A program made the translations under genes and the position numbers. The notes under the pieces are model-generated. The model made no database searches, was not told where the DNA came from, and worked only from the letters and a program-made list of their open reading frames with translations. From Candidatus Stackebrandtia faecavium (GTDB taxonomy: Bacteria > Actinomycetota > Actinomycetes > Mycobacteriales > Micromonosporaceae), in assembly GCA_019112895.1 (NCBI GenBank), contig DXIM01000010.1, forward strand, positions 50,992 through 114,991: a stretch of DNA of 64,000 bases. Reading direction: 5' to 3'. Position 1 is the stretch's first letter, and each line of letters opens with the position of its first letter. Below are positions 55,698 to 64,000 of this stretch, piece by piece.

Positions 55698-55833
55698 GGT
55701 TTTGCGGACCGACCTTGTGCCACGCCTATTTCTGATGGCCCATTACTGCCCGCACCACACGTGCCGAGTCCTTTCGCCTCCACGCACGAGAGCCGCAGGC
55801 AGCGTGTAACCGCTGGTGTCGAGTCCAGCGTCA
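55698..55833 (+). repeat. Imperfect direct repeat, copy 2 of 44644-44781
   Basis: Same blocks as copy 1. Confidence 0.75.
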
Positions 55834-56077
55834 TTACACGTTGCTGTGTAATGAGGTCGAGTCGAGTGGAATCGTGACCAGCAGCGTTTCGCATACCACA
55901 CAGGAATGACCCCATAGATCATTCCATTAAGTATTGGCCGTGGGCACAAAGTGGTCGCAAACCAAGCCCCACCAGCCACCACTGGCCAGCACAAACACTC
56001 GATCGGACTCGACGCCTGAGCGGCGGAAACAGCACATAGCAACCTCAATCAACACTAGCCAACATGGACGCCATAGC

Positions 56078-56225
56078 ACTCATAACACGTCGGTCGCGGG
56101 TTCGAGTCCCGTCCGCCCCACCAGACTTGATCTGCGGTTACACATATCCGCTATCCTTGTGAGTGTCCGTTTTGTCTGCCGGTGGGCACAAGGTGGACGC
56201 ATCGCGTTCGGCGTGATGCACCGTT
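56078..56225 (+). repeat. att-like duplicate of the tRNA 3' half plus about 100 bp of flank (copy of 42344-42492)
   Basis: actcataacacgtcggtcgcgggttcgagtcccgtccgccccaccag, then a similar flank encoding the same integrase tail (TVH.AERDA.TL.PPADKTDTHK) on the minus strand. Confidence 0.92.
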
Positions 56226-56333
56226 CTTCACGACGACGGGCTTCACGCAGTCGTACACGGCAGCGCCCGACCGGGGATGCACCGTCCGTGTCCGCGTCAG
56301 GAGTGTGTGAAAACCTCAGCTCGCGGCGCCCAC

Positions 56334-56912
56334 TCATTCCCTATCGACGAGCGAATCCGGTGTCGGCTGCTCGTCGCCTTCTTGGCACCGGCGCAAGTAG
56401 TGCAGCAGCTCGACTCGCTCGCCCGAGGGTGCGGTGTCCACAGTTTGGTACTTGAACGCGAATCCCGCAGCCGTCAGGGTGCGCCGCGATGCCGAATTCT
56501 CGGGCAGCGTCCGTGCGGCGAGTTCGCGCAAACCGCTGCCCCAGGCGAACCTTGCCGACAGAGCCAGGGCGGCGGAGGCGATCCCCGCACCCCGGTAGTG
56601 AGGATGAACCCAGAAGCCGACTTCGGCGGACTCATCGCTCACGTCGAAGATAACGAGGCTCCCCGCGAAGGCATCGGTTGCGGAATCAGCAATCGCAAGC
56701 ACTGCGAGGTCGCCGCGTTCCAAGCCAGGCACCACGTCACGCTCGATCATCGTGCGCACTGACTCAGGCGTGTACTCAGACTCTGGCAAGTGCCCGTACC
56801 GCTGCACGTTGGGATCGACGGTGCCTTCGGCAAACATCTGGGCGTCGCGTGCCTGGAGGAGACGGAGCCGCACTCGTTCACCCTGGATGGGCAGGAAGTC
56901 GGGCTTGAGCAT
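56334..56912 (-). CDS. GNAT acetyltransferase (RimJ/RimL type)
   Basis: RVRLRLL, AEVGFWVHP.YRG.G.AS.A, N.ASRRTL..AGF. Confidence 0.9.
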   Translation of the reverse strand: MLKPDFLPIQGERVRLRLLQARDAQMFAEGTVDPNVQRYGHLPESEYTPESVRTMIERDVVPGLERGDLAVLAIADSATDAFAGSLVIFDVSDESAEVGFWVHPHYRGAGIASAALALSARFAWGSGLRELAARTLPENSASRRTLTAAGFAFKYQTVDTAPSGERVELLHYLRRCQEGDEQPTPDSLVDRE

Positions 56913-56949
56913 GTTTCTAAACCTAACATAGATCGGATAGTGTTGAATT

Positions 56950-57567
56950 GTGAGCTACTGGGAACATCCGAAACCCGTGCAGCGCAAACGAGCCGTTGCC
57001 ATCACCAAGGTGGCCCGTTCAGCCTCGGCTCTCCTGGATGAAGGCGGCTTGCGCGCACTGACCTTGCGCGCGGTTGCGGCCCGGCTGGATGTTGCGCCCG
57101 CGAGCTTGTACTCACGAGTGAGCTCGGTCGATGACCTGTTCGACCTCGCTCTCGATGCAGAACTCGGCGACGACCTGGCCGTCAGCCACGCCCTTGACAA
57201 CTCCGAACTGGATGAGCTGATGCTGGCCTACTACCGACATCTAGTCGCGCATCGGTGGGCGTGCCAGGTGATCACGATGCGACCGCCACGCGGCCCGAAC
57301 TACCTGCGCCTCTCGGAGCGGATGTGCGAACTGCTCATCGACGCCAGAGCAGAAGACCCGGTGGGTGCGGCCTATGCCCTATCGAACTTCGTGATCGGCA
57401 GTGCGAGCACAACCCCCGCCTCGGTACACGAACTGCGAGCATCGGTCGACCCATCCATCGCGCCGCACTATGCCCGCCTCCACGCACAGCGACAGGAAGC
57501 GGACGCAGAAAAAACCGTCATCGCGGGACTCACAGCCCTCATCTCGCACTTTGACCGCACCGACTGA
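56950..57567 (+). CDS. TetR-family regulator
   Basis: LLDEGGL.ALTLRAVAARLDVAPASLY.RV. Confidence 0.9.
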   Translation: MSYWEHPKPVQRKRAVAITKVARSASALLDEGGLRALTLRAVAARLDVAPASLYSRVSSVDDLFDLALDAELGDDLAVSHALDNSELDELMLAYYRHLVAHRWACQVITMRPPRGPNYLRLSERMCELLIDARAEDPVGAAYALSNFVIGSASTTPASVHELRASVDPSIAPHYARLHAQRQEADAEKTVIAGLTALISHFDRTD

Positions 57568-57740
57568 CCTGCCGGACGCGGCCCGACGAGCGTGCTTACC
57601 GCCACGGCTGCGCGACGTGAAGGGGCGACCGCGGTCCCCAAGGCATTGGAGATGGTCTCGGTTGCTGAGAAACTGGGCTCCTAATTGAGCAGTCCGAGCA
57701 CCAGAGCGCACGGTGACTGTTCCCACTATCGGCGCCAATA

Positions 57741-58200
57741 ATGTGGCAGCGCTCGTGCTGATCCTCCAACTGAGCTCCCGGCGGTCCGGATTCTGACTGG
57801 GGCAAGCGACGCTGACCGGCGCCTGCGGCATGTCAGGCCTTGCTCTGTATTTCTCTTCGGCGAATCCACGGCTGTTGTTCGCGAGCCCAGTGCTCGTACT
57901 CGTCGTGGCCGAGGGACTTGCAATGGTACTTATCGGCACGGCGTGGCGGATCGCGTGACACCTAAATCCTATCAGGACTCTTCGATGTGTCCGGAACCGA
58001 CGAACCTGCACTGGGCGGAAGCGGCGACGATGGTCGCGCCGCTAGGTCTCGTGCTGATGGCGACGCGCATATGGTTGGGCTTCCTCTTCAAAGAGGACAT
58101 GGGTCCCGACGACGTTGGCGTCGTAGTGTGGACACTATTCATGTCACTGTCGACGCTAGCATGGGCGCTGATCCTGGTTGCGGTGTCCCGGCACCGGCAC
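57741..58200 (+). pseudogene. Degraded paralog of the membrane-protein gene at 43859-44641
   Basis: DNA aligns with 44137-44590; TGG changed to TGA near 57794, and indels split the frame. Confidence 0.8.
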
Positions 58201-58301
58201 CGCTCCAGATGCAGGCGTAGTACTTCGATCGTCTTACCGCATCACAGTGGTCACCCACATAGGAGCTTGGTACGATTCGCTACCGAAAGAGAGGCAACCC
58301 C

Positions 58302-58805
58302 ATGCCCATACGTTTGATTGAGGCACGCGATTTTTCCGCCCTCCACGACATCGAAGACGCCACCGCCAAGCAGTTCGAGTCCATCGGCATTGATGCGATG
58401 ACTGACCTCGGCCCATACAGCGACGAGGAGATGACCGGTTACGTGACCGCAGGCCTCGCCTGGGCCGCAACCGACGACAACGACGTACCCGTCGGCTTCC
58501 TAGTCGCCGAGATCGTCGACGACTGCCTCTACATCGCCGATGTCAACGTGCACCCACGCGCAGCCCGTCGAGGTCTCGGCCGACAGCTCATCGACCATGC
58601 CGCCGCCGGCAACTACCCCGCCCTGGTCTTGACCACCTTCCGCGATGTGCCCTGGAACGCCCCCTACTACCGTCGTCTCGGATTCGAGACCCTCGCCGAT
58701 GACGAGATAACCCCGAACCTGCGCGCCATTTGCGAATTCCAGGCCACAATCGGACTCGACCGCTGGCCCCGCGTCTGCATGCGCCGCAACCTCACCACCC
58801 GGTAA
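58302..58805 (+). CDS. GNAT acetyltransferase
   Basis: LYIADVNVHP.AARRGLGRQLI, LTTFRDVPWNAPYY.RLGF. Confidence 0.92.
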   Translation: MPIRLIEARDFSALHDIEDATAKQFESIGIDAMTDLGPYSDEEMTGYVTAGLAWAATDDNDVPVGFLVAEIVDDCLYIADVNVHPRAARRGLGRQLIDHAAAGNYPALVLTTFRDVPWNAPYYRRLGFETLADDEITPNLRAICEFQATIGLDRWPRVCMRRNLTTR

Positions 58806-58898
58806 ACGCATCGCCAGCTCGAGCCGGCCCGCCCGGTTCCCGCTTCCGCTTCCGGCGATCGTTCGCACCGGACGGCTGTCGCGGCACTCGCGTGGAAC

Positions 58899-59534
58899 CT
58901 AAACTTCGTTTCGCCGATCGATGCCGAGGGTGGCGATGAGGTCTTCGTGGAGTTGAAACCACACACGGTGGCAGGAGTCCTTATCGGTCTTGTCGACCCA
59001 GTCGTGATGTCCGTTTCTGGCTTTACGCAGCGCCGTTTCATATCGTGTCGCGTACCCGTCGAATCTGGCCAGAACCGCGGAAAGGCGCTCGGTCAAGGGC
59101 ACGAGTTCGTTGGAGAGTAGTGCGAGTTCATTGAGGATGCGCTCATCCCACCCAGGATCTATATGGTCGTTTCGGGCAAATTGGTCGGCTGCTGTCGGTT
59201 TGATCTGCCATTCGGTCACCGCCTTCAGCAGCCGTGCATTGAGCGGCAGGAAATCGCGGTAGACGGCCGCGATGACGCCGTCGGGGTCGGCCTCCTCGCG
59301 TTCGGCGGCGAGTCGGCGTTCGTTTTCCACCTTGCCCACATCGGTGAGTGACCAGCCCTCGAGGCCCGCGAACGCGACATGCTGCACCCACCCTGCACGT
59401 TCGGCCCGACTCAGCACCCGCAGGGCCTCACCGTGACTCGTGCCGGCACGTTCGGCGATCACTGCGCCGCTGGCGAAACCGATGACGCGTACCGCGTGCA
59501 GGACACGCGACTCAGGTGCTTGCCGATGACTCAT
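58899..59534 (-). CDS. Winged-helix protein resembling M. tuberculosis Rv1126c (ppdK neighbour)
   Basis: VLHAVRV.G, Y.DF..LN, VTEWQ, DSCHRVWFQLHEDL; similarity recalled from the Rv1126c sequence. Confidence 0.7.
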   Translation of the reverse strand: MSHRQAPESRVLHAVRVIGFASGAVIAERAGTSHGEALRVLSRAERAGWVQHVAFAGLEGWSLTDVGKVENERRLAAEREEADPDGVIAAVYRDFLPLNARLLKAVTEWQIKPTAADQFARNDHIDPGWDERILNELALLSNELVPLTERLSAVLARFDGYATRYETALRKARNGHHDWVDKTDKDSCHRVWFQLHEDLIATLGIDRRNEV

Positions 59535-59935
59535 GGTCTCTTGTCCTGCCTTGCGGCGAGCCGGTTGACGTACTGCTGACAGGCTTGCGGCGAGCGGAAC
59601 CCCATCGCCTCGGCGATCTGCGCCCAGGTCAGCCCGTCGTTTCGCGCTGCGAATAGCAGACCGATCTCCACACTGTCGACCTCAGCCCGAGCGGTCGGAA
59701 GTAGAGACAACGCCCCCAGGAGTTCATCGGGGGTCAGTTCGGATGAGCGCCACAACGCGTACTGGGTTAGATCGACCGTCGACGGCGGCGTCGATTCATG
59801 TTGCCAAGGCCGCGGTTCAAGTTGGTCCGCGCCCTTGTCGAGAAGCACGTCTCGGGGGTCGCGCTCACGCTGGGTTTCGGTTTCGTCGGCGCTGCCGGAG
59901 CATTCGAGGTTGTTCTTACGTGTCATGTCTCCCAT
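59531..59935 (-). CDS. Small HTH DNA-binding protein
   Basis: E.GLLFAAR..GLTWAQIAEAMG..SPQA.QQ...RL. Confidence 0.8.
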   Translation of the reverse strand: MGDMTRKNNLECSGSADETETQRERDPRDVLLDKGADQLEPRPWQHESTPPSTVDLTQYALWRSSELTPDELLGALSLLPTARAEVDSVEIGLLFAARNDGLTWAQIAEAMGFRSPQACQQYVNRLAARQDKRP

Positions 59936-59942
59936 CCTGCTA

Positions 59943-59977
59943 CTATCAACATAATGTTGTCAACATTTTATTGATAG
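59943..59977. promoter_or_regulatory. Long AT-rich palindrome (operator candidate) in a 50-bp divergent gap
   Basis: ctatcaacataatgttg-t-caacattttattgatag; 15 of 17 pairs match, with nested caacat/atgttg half-sites. Confidence 0.7.
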
Positions 59978-59985
59978 TAGGTGCG

Positions 59986-61146
59986 ATGCTCATACGTCTT
60001 TCGGAGACGGCCGGCAAAAACGCCGGCGGTAAAGCCGGCGTCCTCGGTGTACTGCTGCGCCGGGGACTGCCGGTGCCCGATGGATTCGTCGTAGCCACCG
60101 ATGACGTGCGCATCGGACCTGCGTCCGAGCGTTCTTTGCGCGATGCGGTCGCCAGCGAACTCGCGCGGCTAGGTGATCCAGTGGTGGCGGTGCGCTCGTC
60201 GGCAGCGAATGAAGACACCGCGGATGCTTCGGCGGCGGGCCAGTACCAAAGCATCATCGGTGTGCGCGGAATCGATGACGTATATAGCGCCATCTTGTCG
60301 TGCCTGGCATCCACCGACACCGATCGGGTAGCTGCGTACTGGACTCGGACGAACGGTACTGATTCGCGGCCACCCCAGAGGATGGCGGCTCTCGTGCAAG
60401 CTGTGATCGAGGCCGACGCCTCCGGTGTGATGTTCACGCCCCAACGGCCCGGAGAGTCCACGCGGATCGAGGCATCCTGGGGGCTGGGACCGTCCATGGT
60501 GGACGGAACTGTCACTCCCGATACATACGAGGTCACATCGGATGGTGCCGTGCGTTACACGATCGGGAGTAAGCAGATCCGCACAGACTTGAACCGTGAG
60601 CACGGCGGCGTCACCAGCAACACAGTCGCTCCGGCCCTCCAACATGCGCGGGCCCTGGACGATGCCACGGTCACGACCCTAGCGGCCTTCGGCGGCCGGA
60701 TCACTCGACTCTTCGGAAGGCCGCAAGACATTGAGTGGGCGGTTGTCCGTGGCGCAGTATGGATCTTGCAAGCACGCCCCATCACCGCACACGTACCCGC
60801 CCGGCGCACCGCATCACACGCGCGTGGTGGAGCGTTGACCGGCACTCCCGGTTCTCACGGCACAGCTGCCGCAACAGCACGCATCGTGCGAAGCCCCTCG
60901 GAGTTCTCGACTGTTCACACGGGTGAAATCGTGGTCTGCCCCTATACGGACCCGGCATGGACACCACTGTTTTCCATCGCCGCCGGAGTCGTTACCGAGA
61001 CCGGAGGTGCGCTCTCGCACGCGGCAATCGTCGCCCGCGAATACAGCATCCCGGCCGTACTCGCCGTCACCGACGCCACGAACCGCATCGGCAATGGTGC
61101 CCCGATCGTGATCGACGGCACGGCCGGAACCGTCACCGTCCAATGA
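59986..61146 (+). CDS. PEP-utilising enzyme: PPDK-type ATP-binding domain plus His-swivel domain only
   Basis: GGKA, VPDGFVV, AVRSSA..ED...SAAGQY, SGVMFT, WGLG..VDG..PD, PQDIEWA, LQARPIT, TETGG.LSHAAIVAREY.IPAV. Confidence 0.9.
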   Translation: MLIRLSETAGKNAGGKAGVLGVLLRRGLPVPDGFVVATDDVRIGPASERSLRDAVASELARLGDPVVAVRSSAANEDTADASAAGQYQSIIGVRGIDDVYSAILSCLASTDTDRVAAYWTRTNGTDSRPPQRMAALVQAVIEADASGVMFTPQRPGESTRIEASWGLGPSMVDGTVTPDTYEVTSDGAVRYTIGSKQIRTDLNREHGGVTSNTVAPALQHARALDDATVTTLAAFGGRITRLFGRPQDIEWAVVRGAVWILQARPITAHVPARRTASHARGGALTGTPGSHGTAAATARIVRSPSEFSTVHTGEIVVCPYTDPAWTPLFSIAAGVVTETGGALSHAAIVAREYSIPAVLAVTDATNRIGNGAPIVIDGTAGTVTVQ

Positions 61147-61199
61147 CCTCATCCGAAGAAAGGAGAACAGGGGCATCACCGCGATGCTCCCGACACCCC

Positions 61200-61802
61200 A
61201 TGGCCACCAGGTATCTCTACATTGCTCGCCACGGCGACGCAGACGCATTCGGCAACCTCACCGATACTGGACACGAACAGGCCCGCTGTCTCGGGCGTCG
61301 CTTGGCGCACTTGCCCATAGACGCGGTGTGGCACTCGCCGCTGTCCAGAGCGGCTGACAGCGCCCGGCAGCTCAACATCTTCCTCAGCGGTAACATCCCC
61401 GTGGACGAGGCCCGCGAGTTGATCGACCATGTGCCGTATGTGCCCGACCCGGAGGAGACCCCGCCGTCCTGGGTGCCGTTCTTCGACGGTTACGACGCAG
61501 ACGAGGCCGCGGCCGGCTACGAGACCGCGCAAAGCCTCACCGCGAGGTTCGCCACCCCTCCCGAGGGTGATGACGATGTTCATGAAGTGCTCATCACCCA
61601 CGCTTACCCGATCGCCTGGCTCATCCGCCACGCCCTCGATTCCCCGCCGGTGCGGTGGCTCGGACTCAACAGCGCCAACGCCGCCTTGACAGTGATCGAG
61701 AACCGGCCCGATCTGCCCCAGAGCATCGTTATGTTCAACGACATGAGCCACCTGGAACATAGGCTGCAATGGACGGGATTCCCCAAGACGCTGCGCCCAT
61801 GA
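61200..61802 (+). CDS. Histidine phosphatase (phosphoglycerate mutase) family protein
   Basis: RHG motif (IARHGDAD), WHSPL.RA.DSA, LITHA. Confidence 0.88.
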   Translation: MATRYLYIARHGDADAFGNLTDTGHEQARCLGRRLAHLPIDAVWHSPLSRAADSARQLNIFLSGNIPVDEARELIDHVPYVPDPEETPPSWVPFFDGYDADEAAAGYETAQSLTARFATPPEGDDDVHEVLITHAYPIAWLIRHALDSPPVRWLGLNSANAALTVIENRPDLPQSIVMFNDMSHLEHRLQWTGFPKTLRP

Positions 61803-62333
61803 AGATGATCGGAAAAGGCAAAGAAGTTCCGGTGATGAATGTGCGCGATGCCGAGGGCCGACGAAACGCACTGGTGAGCGCACCGCGTTGGACGAAGCGC
61901 ACCGATCATCATGTGTCGCCTTTCCGGCGACCCTCGACCGCTGAACGGACTTCCGCAAACCCTGCTCGTCCCAGACGAAGCCGATGTCCGGCAAGATGCA
62001 GGCGAGCGGTACGCCAATAAGCTCCGCGAAGTCGGCGTCGACTCGTATCCGCATGTTGAGTCCACCGACACGACAGGCGCGGGAATTGAGGTCGCCGATC
62101 GCGCTGGGCCCACCAATCGACTCCAGCATCTGAGGGCGGCGATTCCCGTCATGGTGGCAAACACGATCGCCACCTGCCGACGCTACGGCAGCAAGTTCAT
62201 CTCGTTGGACAACACCTGCATCCACCCGAGACCCCCAGCGGGAGGGACGCCATTCGAGCCGTTGAGGGCAGGCGGGTGTGCGGGCGCATGCCTATTTGGC
62301 AGTCGTGAAGCGCGCATTCGAGGTGCAACTGGG

Positions 62334-62870
62334 TCAACGCTCGCGCTCAAAGCCGAGCGCGAAGACGATGTGGGTCACGCCGTCGGCGATCTCATCCCAG
62401 TCCGGTCGACGGTGGAGCCCAGCGCGAACAGCGGTTTTCTGCGACGCCACATTCTCAGGAGTCGTGCGCGCGATGACGGGTAGGCGCTGCCGGAGTCGCG
62501 CCCATTGCGCGACTGCCTCCGTCGCCAGTTCACTCGCGTAGCCCTGTCCCCATGTCGACGATGCCAACCGGTAATAGAGGTTGTAGAACTGTCGACCGCG
62601 GAGTTCGGTTCGACGGATGCCGCCGAAACCGATCACCCGTTCGGGCGCTTCGACGCATGCGATGGCCCAGTACCCAATGGCATCGTGCATCCAGTCCGAG
62701 GACCAGTCTTGGGCAAGCTTCGTCGCCTCGAAACGGTCCCGCATCGGGCCGGCGGGATTGTGCGCGTTCGTCGCCGGGTCGGAGTGGATATCCCAGACGG
62801 CCCCGACGTCGGACGGAGCAACAGGCCTGAGTGCGAGCCTGTTCGTATTTAGAGTCTGGTTTGCATTCAT
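62334..62870 (-). CDS. GNAT acetyltransferase (RimJ/RimL type)
   Basis: LNTNRLALRP, IGFGGI, YYRLASSTWGQGYASE, N.ASQK.A.RAGL; ATG at 62870. Confidence 0.88.
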   Translation of the reverse strand: MNANQTLNTNRLALRPVAPSDVGAVWDIHSDPATNAHNPAGPMRDRFEATKLAQDWSSDWMHDAIGYWAIACVEAPERVIGFGGIRRTELRGRQFYNLYYRLASSTWGQGYASELATEAVAQWARLRQRLPVIARTTPENVASQKTAVRAGLHRRPDWDEIADGVTHIVFALGFERER

Positions 62871-63083
62871 GACTCGACGGTATCCACGACAGCGCAACAA
62901 ACGAGGTGAGTCCGGTCGCGGCGAATTCGTCGTTCGCAGAATGCGAACCGTCCAACAGCGTTCACGTCGCCTCGATGTCGGTCCTGCGCGGTCCAATACG
63001 CCCGCAGTCATGTCCGGCCGCGAACCACAGTCCCGACTACTGGGTTCCGTCTTGTACGCGCCCGCTCACGCAGTTAGGCTCGC

Positions 63084-63278
63084 CTTGGCGCTGGTTCGCC
63101 GCCCCGACCGGTTCTGGGCGGCGTCGTAAGAGGGAACCCGGTGGAATTCCGGGACTGCCCCGCAGCGGTGAGTGGGAACGAACATCGTCAATAGCACTGG
63201 TGGCAGCACTGGGAAGCGACGGTCAATAGGCGAGCTGCGTTTTGTAGCTCATACCCACGAGTCCGAAGACCTGCCGCG
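63084..63278 (+). ncRNA. Cobalamin (B12) riboswitch
   Basis: ggttc...aagagggaacccggtggaattccgggactgccccgcagcggtg...gcactgg...cactgggaag...gagtccgaagacctgcc (B12 box). Confidence 0.93.
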
Positions 63279-63392
63279 CCTCATCGGCCGGATGGCCGGT
63301 GGTGACCGACGGTCTCGTGGGAAGGCCGGCTGCAATTCTTGCATCCCCACCCCCATGACCGTCCACTGTAACTCTCGTGGGAGGGGCACATC

Positions 63393-64000
63393 ATGACACA
63401 TCCGCTCGACGCCACCGTACTCGGATTTCCCCGAATCGGGCCGAACCGTGAGCTCAAAAAAGCTGTCGAGGCCTACTGGTCGAAAGACATCGGCCAGGAA
63501 GCCATGGATACCGCCGCTGACGCCATCCGGGCCGACATGCGTCAGCGATTGAGCCACAAGGGCTTGACCTCTATTCCTTCGAACATCTTCTCCTGGTACG
63601 ACCATGTGCTGGACACCACAGTCATGGTGGATGCGATTCCACAACGGTATGAGGAGCTGGACCTCTCCCCGTTGGATACCTACTTCGCGATGGCGCGTGG
63701 CACGGAACTGATCGCTCCATTGGAGCTGACGAAATGGTTCGACACGAACTACCACTACCTTGTACCGGAGATCGGGCCATCGACCAGGTTCACGGCGATA
63801 CCGGATAAGCCCCTACGCGAATACGTCGCCGCGAAAGAGGCGGGGACCGAAACGCGACCGGTCCTGCTTGGACCAGCGACGTTCCTGTTGCTGGCCAAAG
63901 CCGACGAAAACGCACCGGCAAATTTCGAGGTGCTGTCTCGGCTGGACGAACTCACCGACACGTATCTCGAACTGTTGAACGCCCTAGCGGCCGCCGGTGC
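63393..64000 (+). CDS. metE: Cobalamin-independent methionine synthase (5' part; runs off window end)
   Basis: Manual translation: ATVLGFPRIGPNRELKKAVEAYW, FSWYDHVLDT, YFAMARG, LELTKWFDTNYHYLVPE, RPVLLGP.TFL.LAK. Confidence 0.95.
   Translation, partial: MTHPLDATVLGFPRIGPNRELKKAVEAYWSKDIGQEAMDTAADAIRADMRQRLSHKGLTSIPSNIFSWYDHVLDTTVMVDAIPQRYEELDLSPLDTYFAMARGTELIAPLELTKWFDTNYHYLVPEIGPSTRFTAIPDKPLREYVAAKEAGTETRPVLLGPATFLLLAKADENAPANFEVLSRLDELTDTYLELLNALAAAG

Larger units (their letters stand above)
42344..56124. mobile_element. Decayed tRNA-integrated genomic island (about 13.7 kb)
   Basis: tRNA 3' half (47 nt, 45/47 identical) repeated at 56078-56124; integrase remnant next to the tRNA; IS remnants; operon-type cargo. 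Confidence 0.85.

Noticed and set aside
56078-56124. Second tRNA gene
   Set aside because: Only the 3' half is present; upstream sequence has no D arm or 5' acceptor strand. It is an att repeat.
59986-61146. Rifamycin phosphotransferase (rph) or ppsA/ppdK
   Set aside because: Far too short; it lacks the rifamycin-binding middle domain and the pyruvate-binding barrel.
61803-62333. ORF 61911..62483 as a real gene
   Set aside because: No RBS or clear family and it overlaps the GNAT on the opposite strand. A short stretch (VMVANTIATCRRYGSKFISLDNTC) might be a relic of an NAD-dependent epimerase, but support is too weak.
1-64000. CRISPR array, rRNA, prophage structural genes or a recognisable anti-phage defence operon
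   Set aside because: No regularly spaced repeat-spacer array, rRNA-like sequence, capsid/terminase genes or known defence domains seen. The two NB-ARC proteins carry DNA-binding N-termini typical of transcriptional regulators, not Avs effectors.
1-64000. The many long antisense or alternate-frame ORFs in the track (for example 9418..10650, 14701..15669, 20235..22046, 25692..26891, 33230..34426, 51406..52620)
   Set aside because: They are shadow ORFs expected in high-GC DNA; each overlaps a well-supported gene and has Arg/Ala/Pro-rich composition with no domain motifs.

Overview
High-GC actinobacterial chromosome segment in four parts. (1) 1-16 kb is mostly housekeeping: partial etfB, a tmk-like gene, a GT4 glycosyltransferase, DUF3145, an Rv2466c-like thioredoxin-fold protein, MDMPI, DedA, an Sfp-type PPTase, a methyltransferase/FAD-reductase pair for branched fatty acids, pntAA/AB/B, an MpaB-type oxygenase and an MFS transporter. 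(2) 16-39.5 kb is a secondary-metabolite region bracketed by two NB-ARC (STAND) regulators. It holds the best candidate for an undescribed system: a RiPP locus with three tandem 41-44 aa precursor genes. Two of these are absent from the ORF track and one is mis-started. They share the leader motif VDVVLG(E/D)L(S/T)KELP and the core KD-x-x-T-C-x3-Y-C. They are followed by a LanM-type dehydratase domain (DUF4135) fused to DUF6624 instead of a LanC cyclase, and by two JmjC/cupin proteins, one with an intact and one with a lost iron triad. Directly upstream on the same strand are an aldo-keto reductase and two ATP-grasp ligases. Divergent from these is an operon encoding a third ATP-grasp, a PaaK-like ligase, an MFS, an SDR, a stand-alone A-PCP, a flavin amine oxidase and an acyl-adenylate ligase. 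A PaaI thioesterase and a SARP/AfsR-type regulator close the region. (3) 42.3-56.2 kb is a decayed integrative element in a tRNA(CAT) gene, bounded by a duplicated tRNA 3' half. It carries integrase and IS3 remnants and a complete C50-carotenoid/UV-protection cassette (MarR, idi, crtE, crtB, crtI, crtYe, crtYf, crtEb, DUF2867 SDR, pyrimidine-dimer glycosylase, hemH, truncated tspO). Remains of a second related element follow in tandem. (4) 56-64 kb has GNATs, a TetR regulator, a minimal PEP-utilising dikinase module and a cobalamin riboswitch ahead of a partial metE. All family assignments come from motif recognition by eye; no database searches were run.
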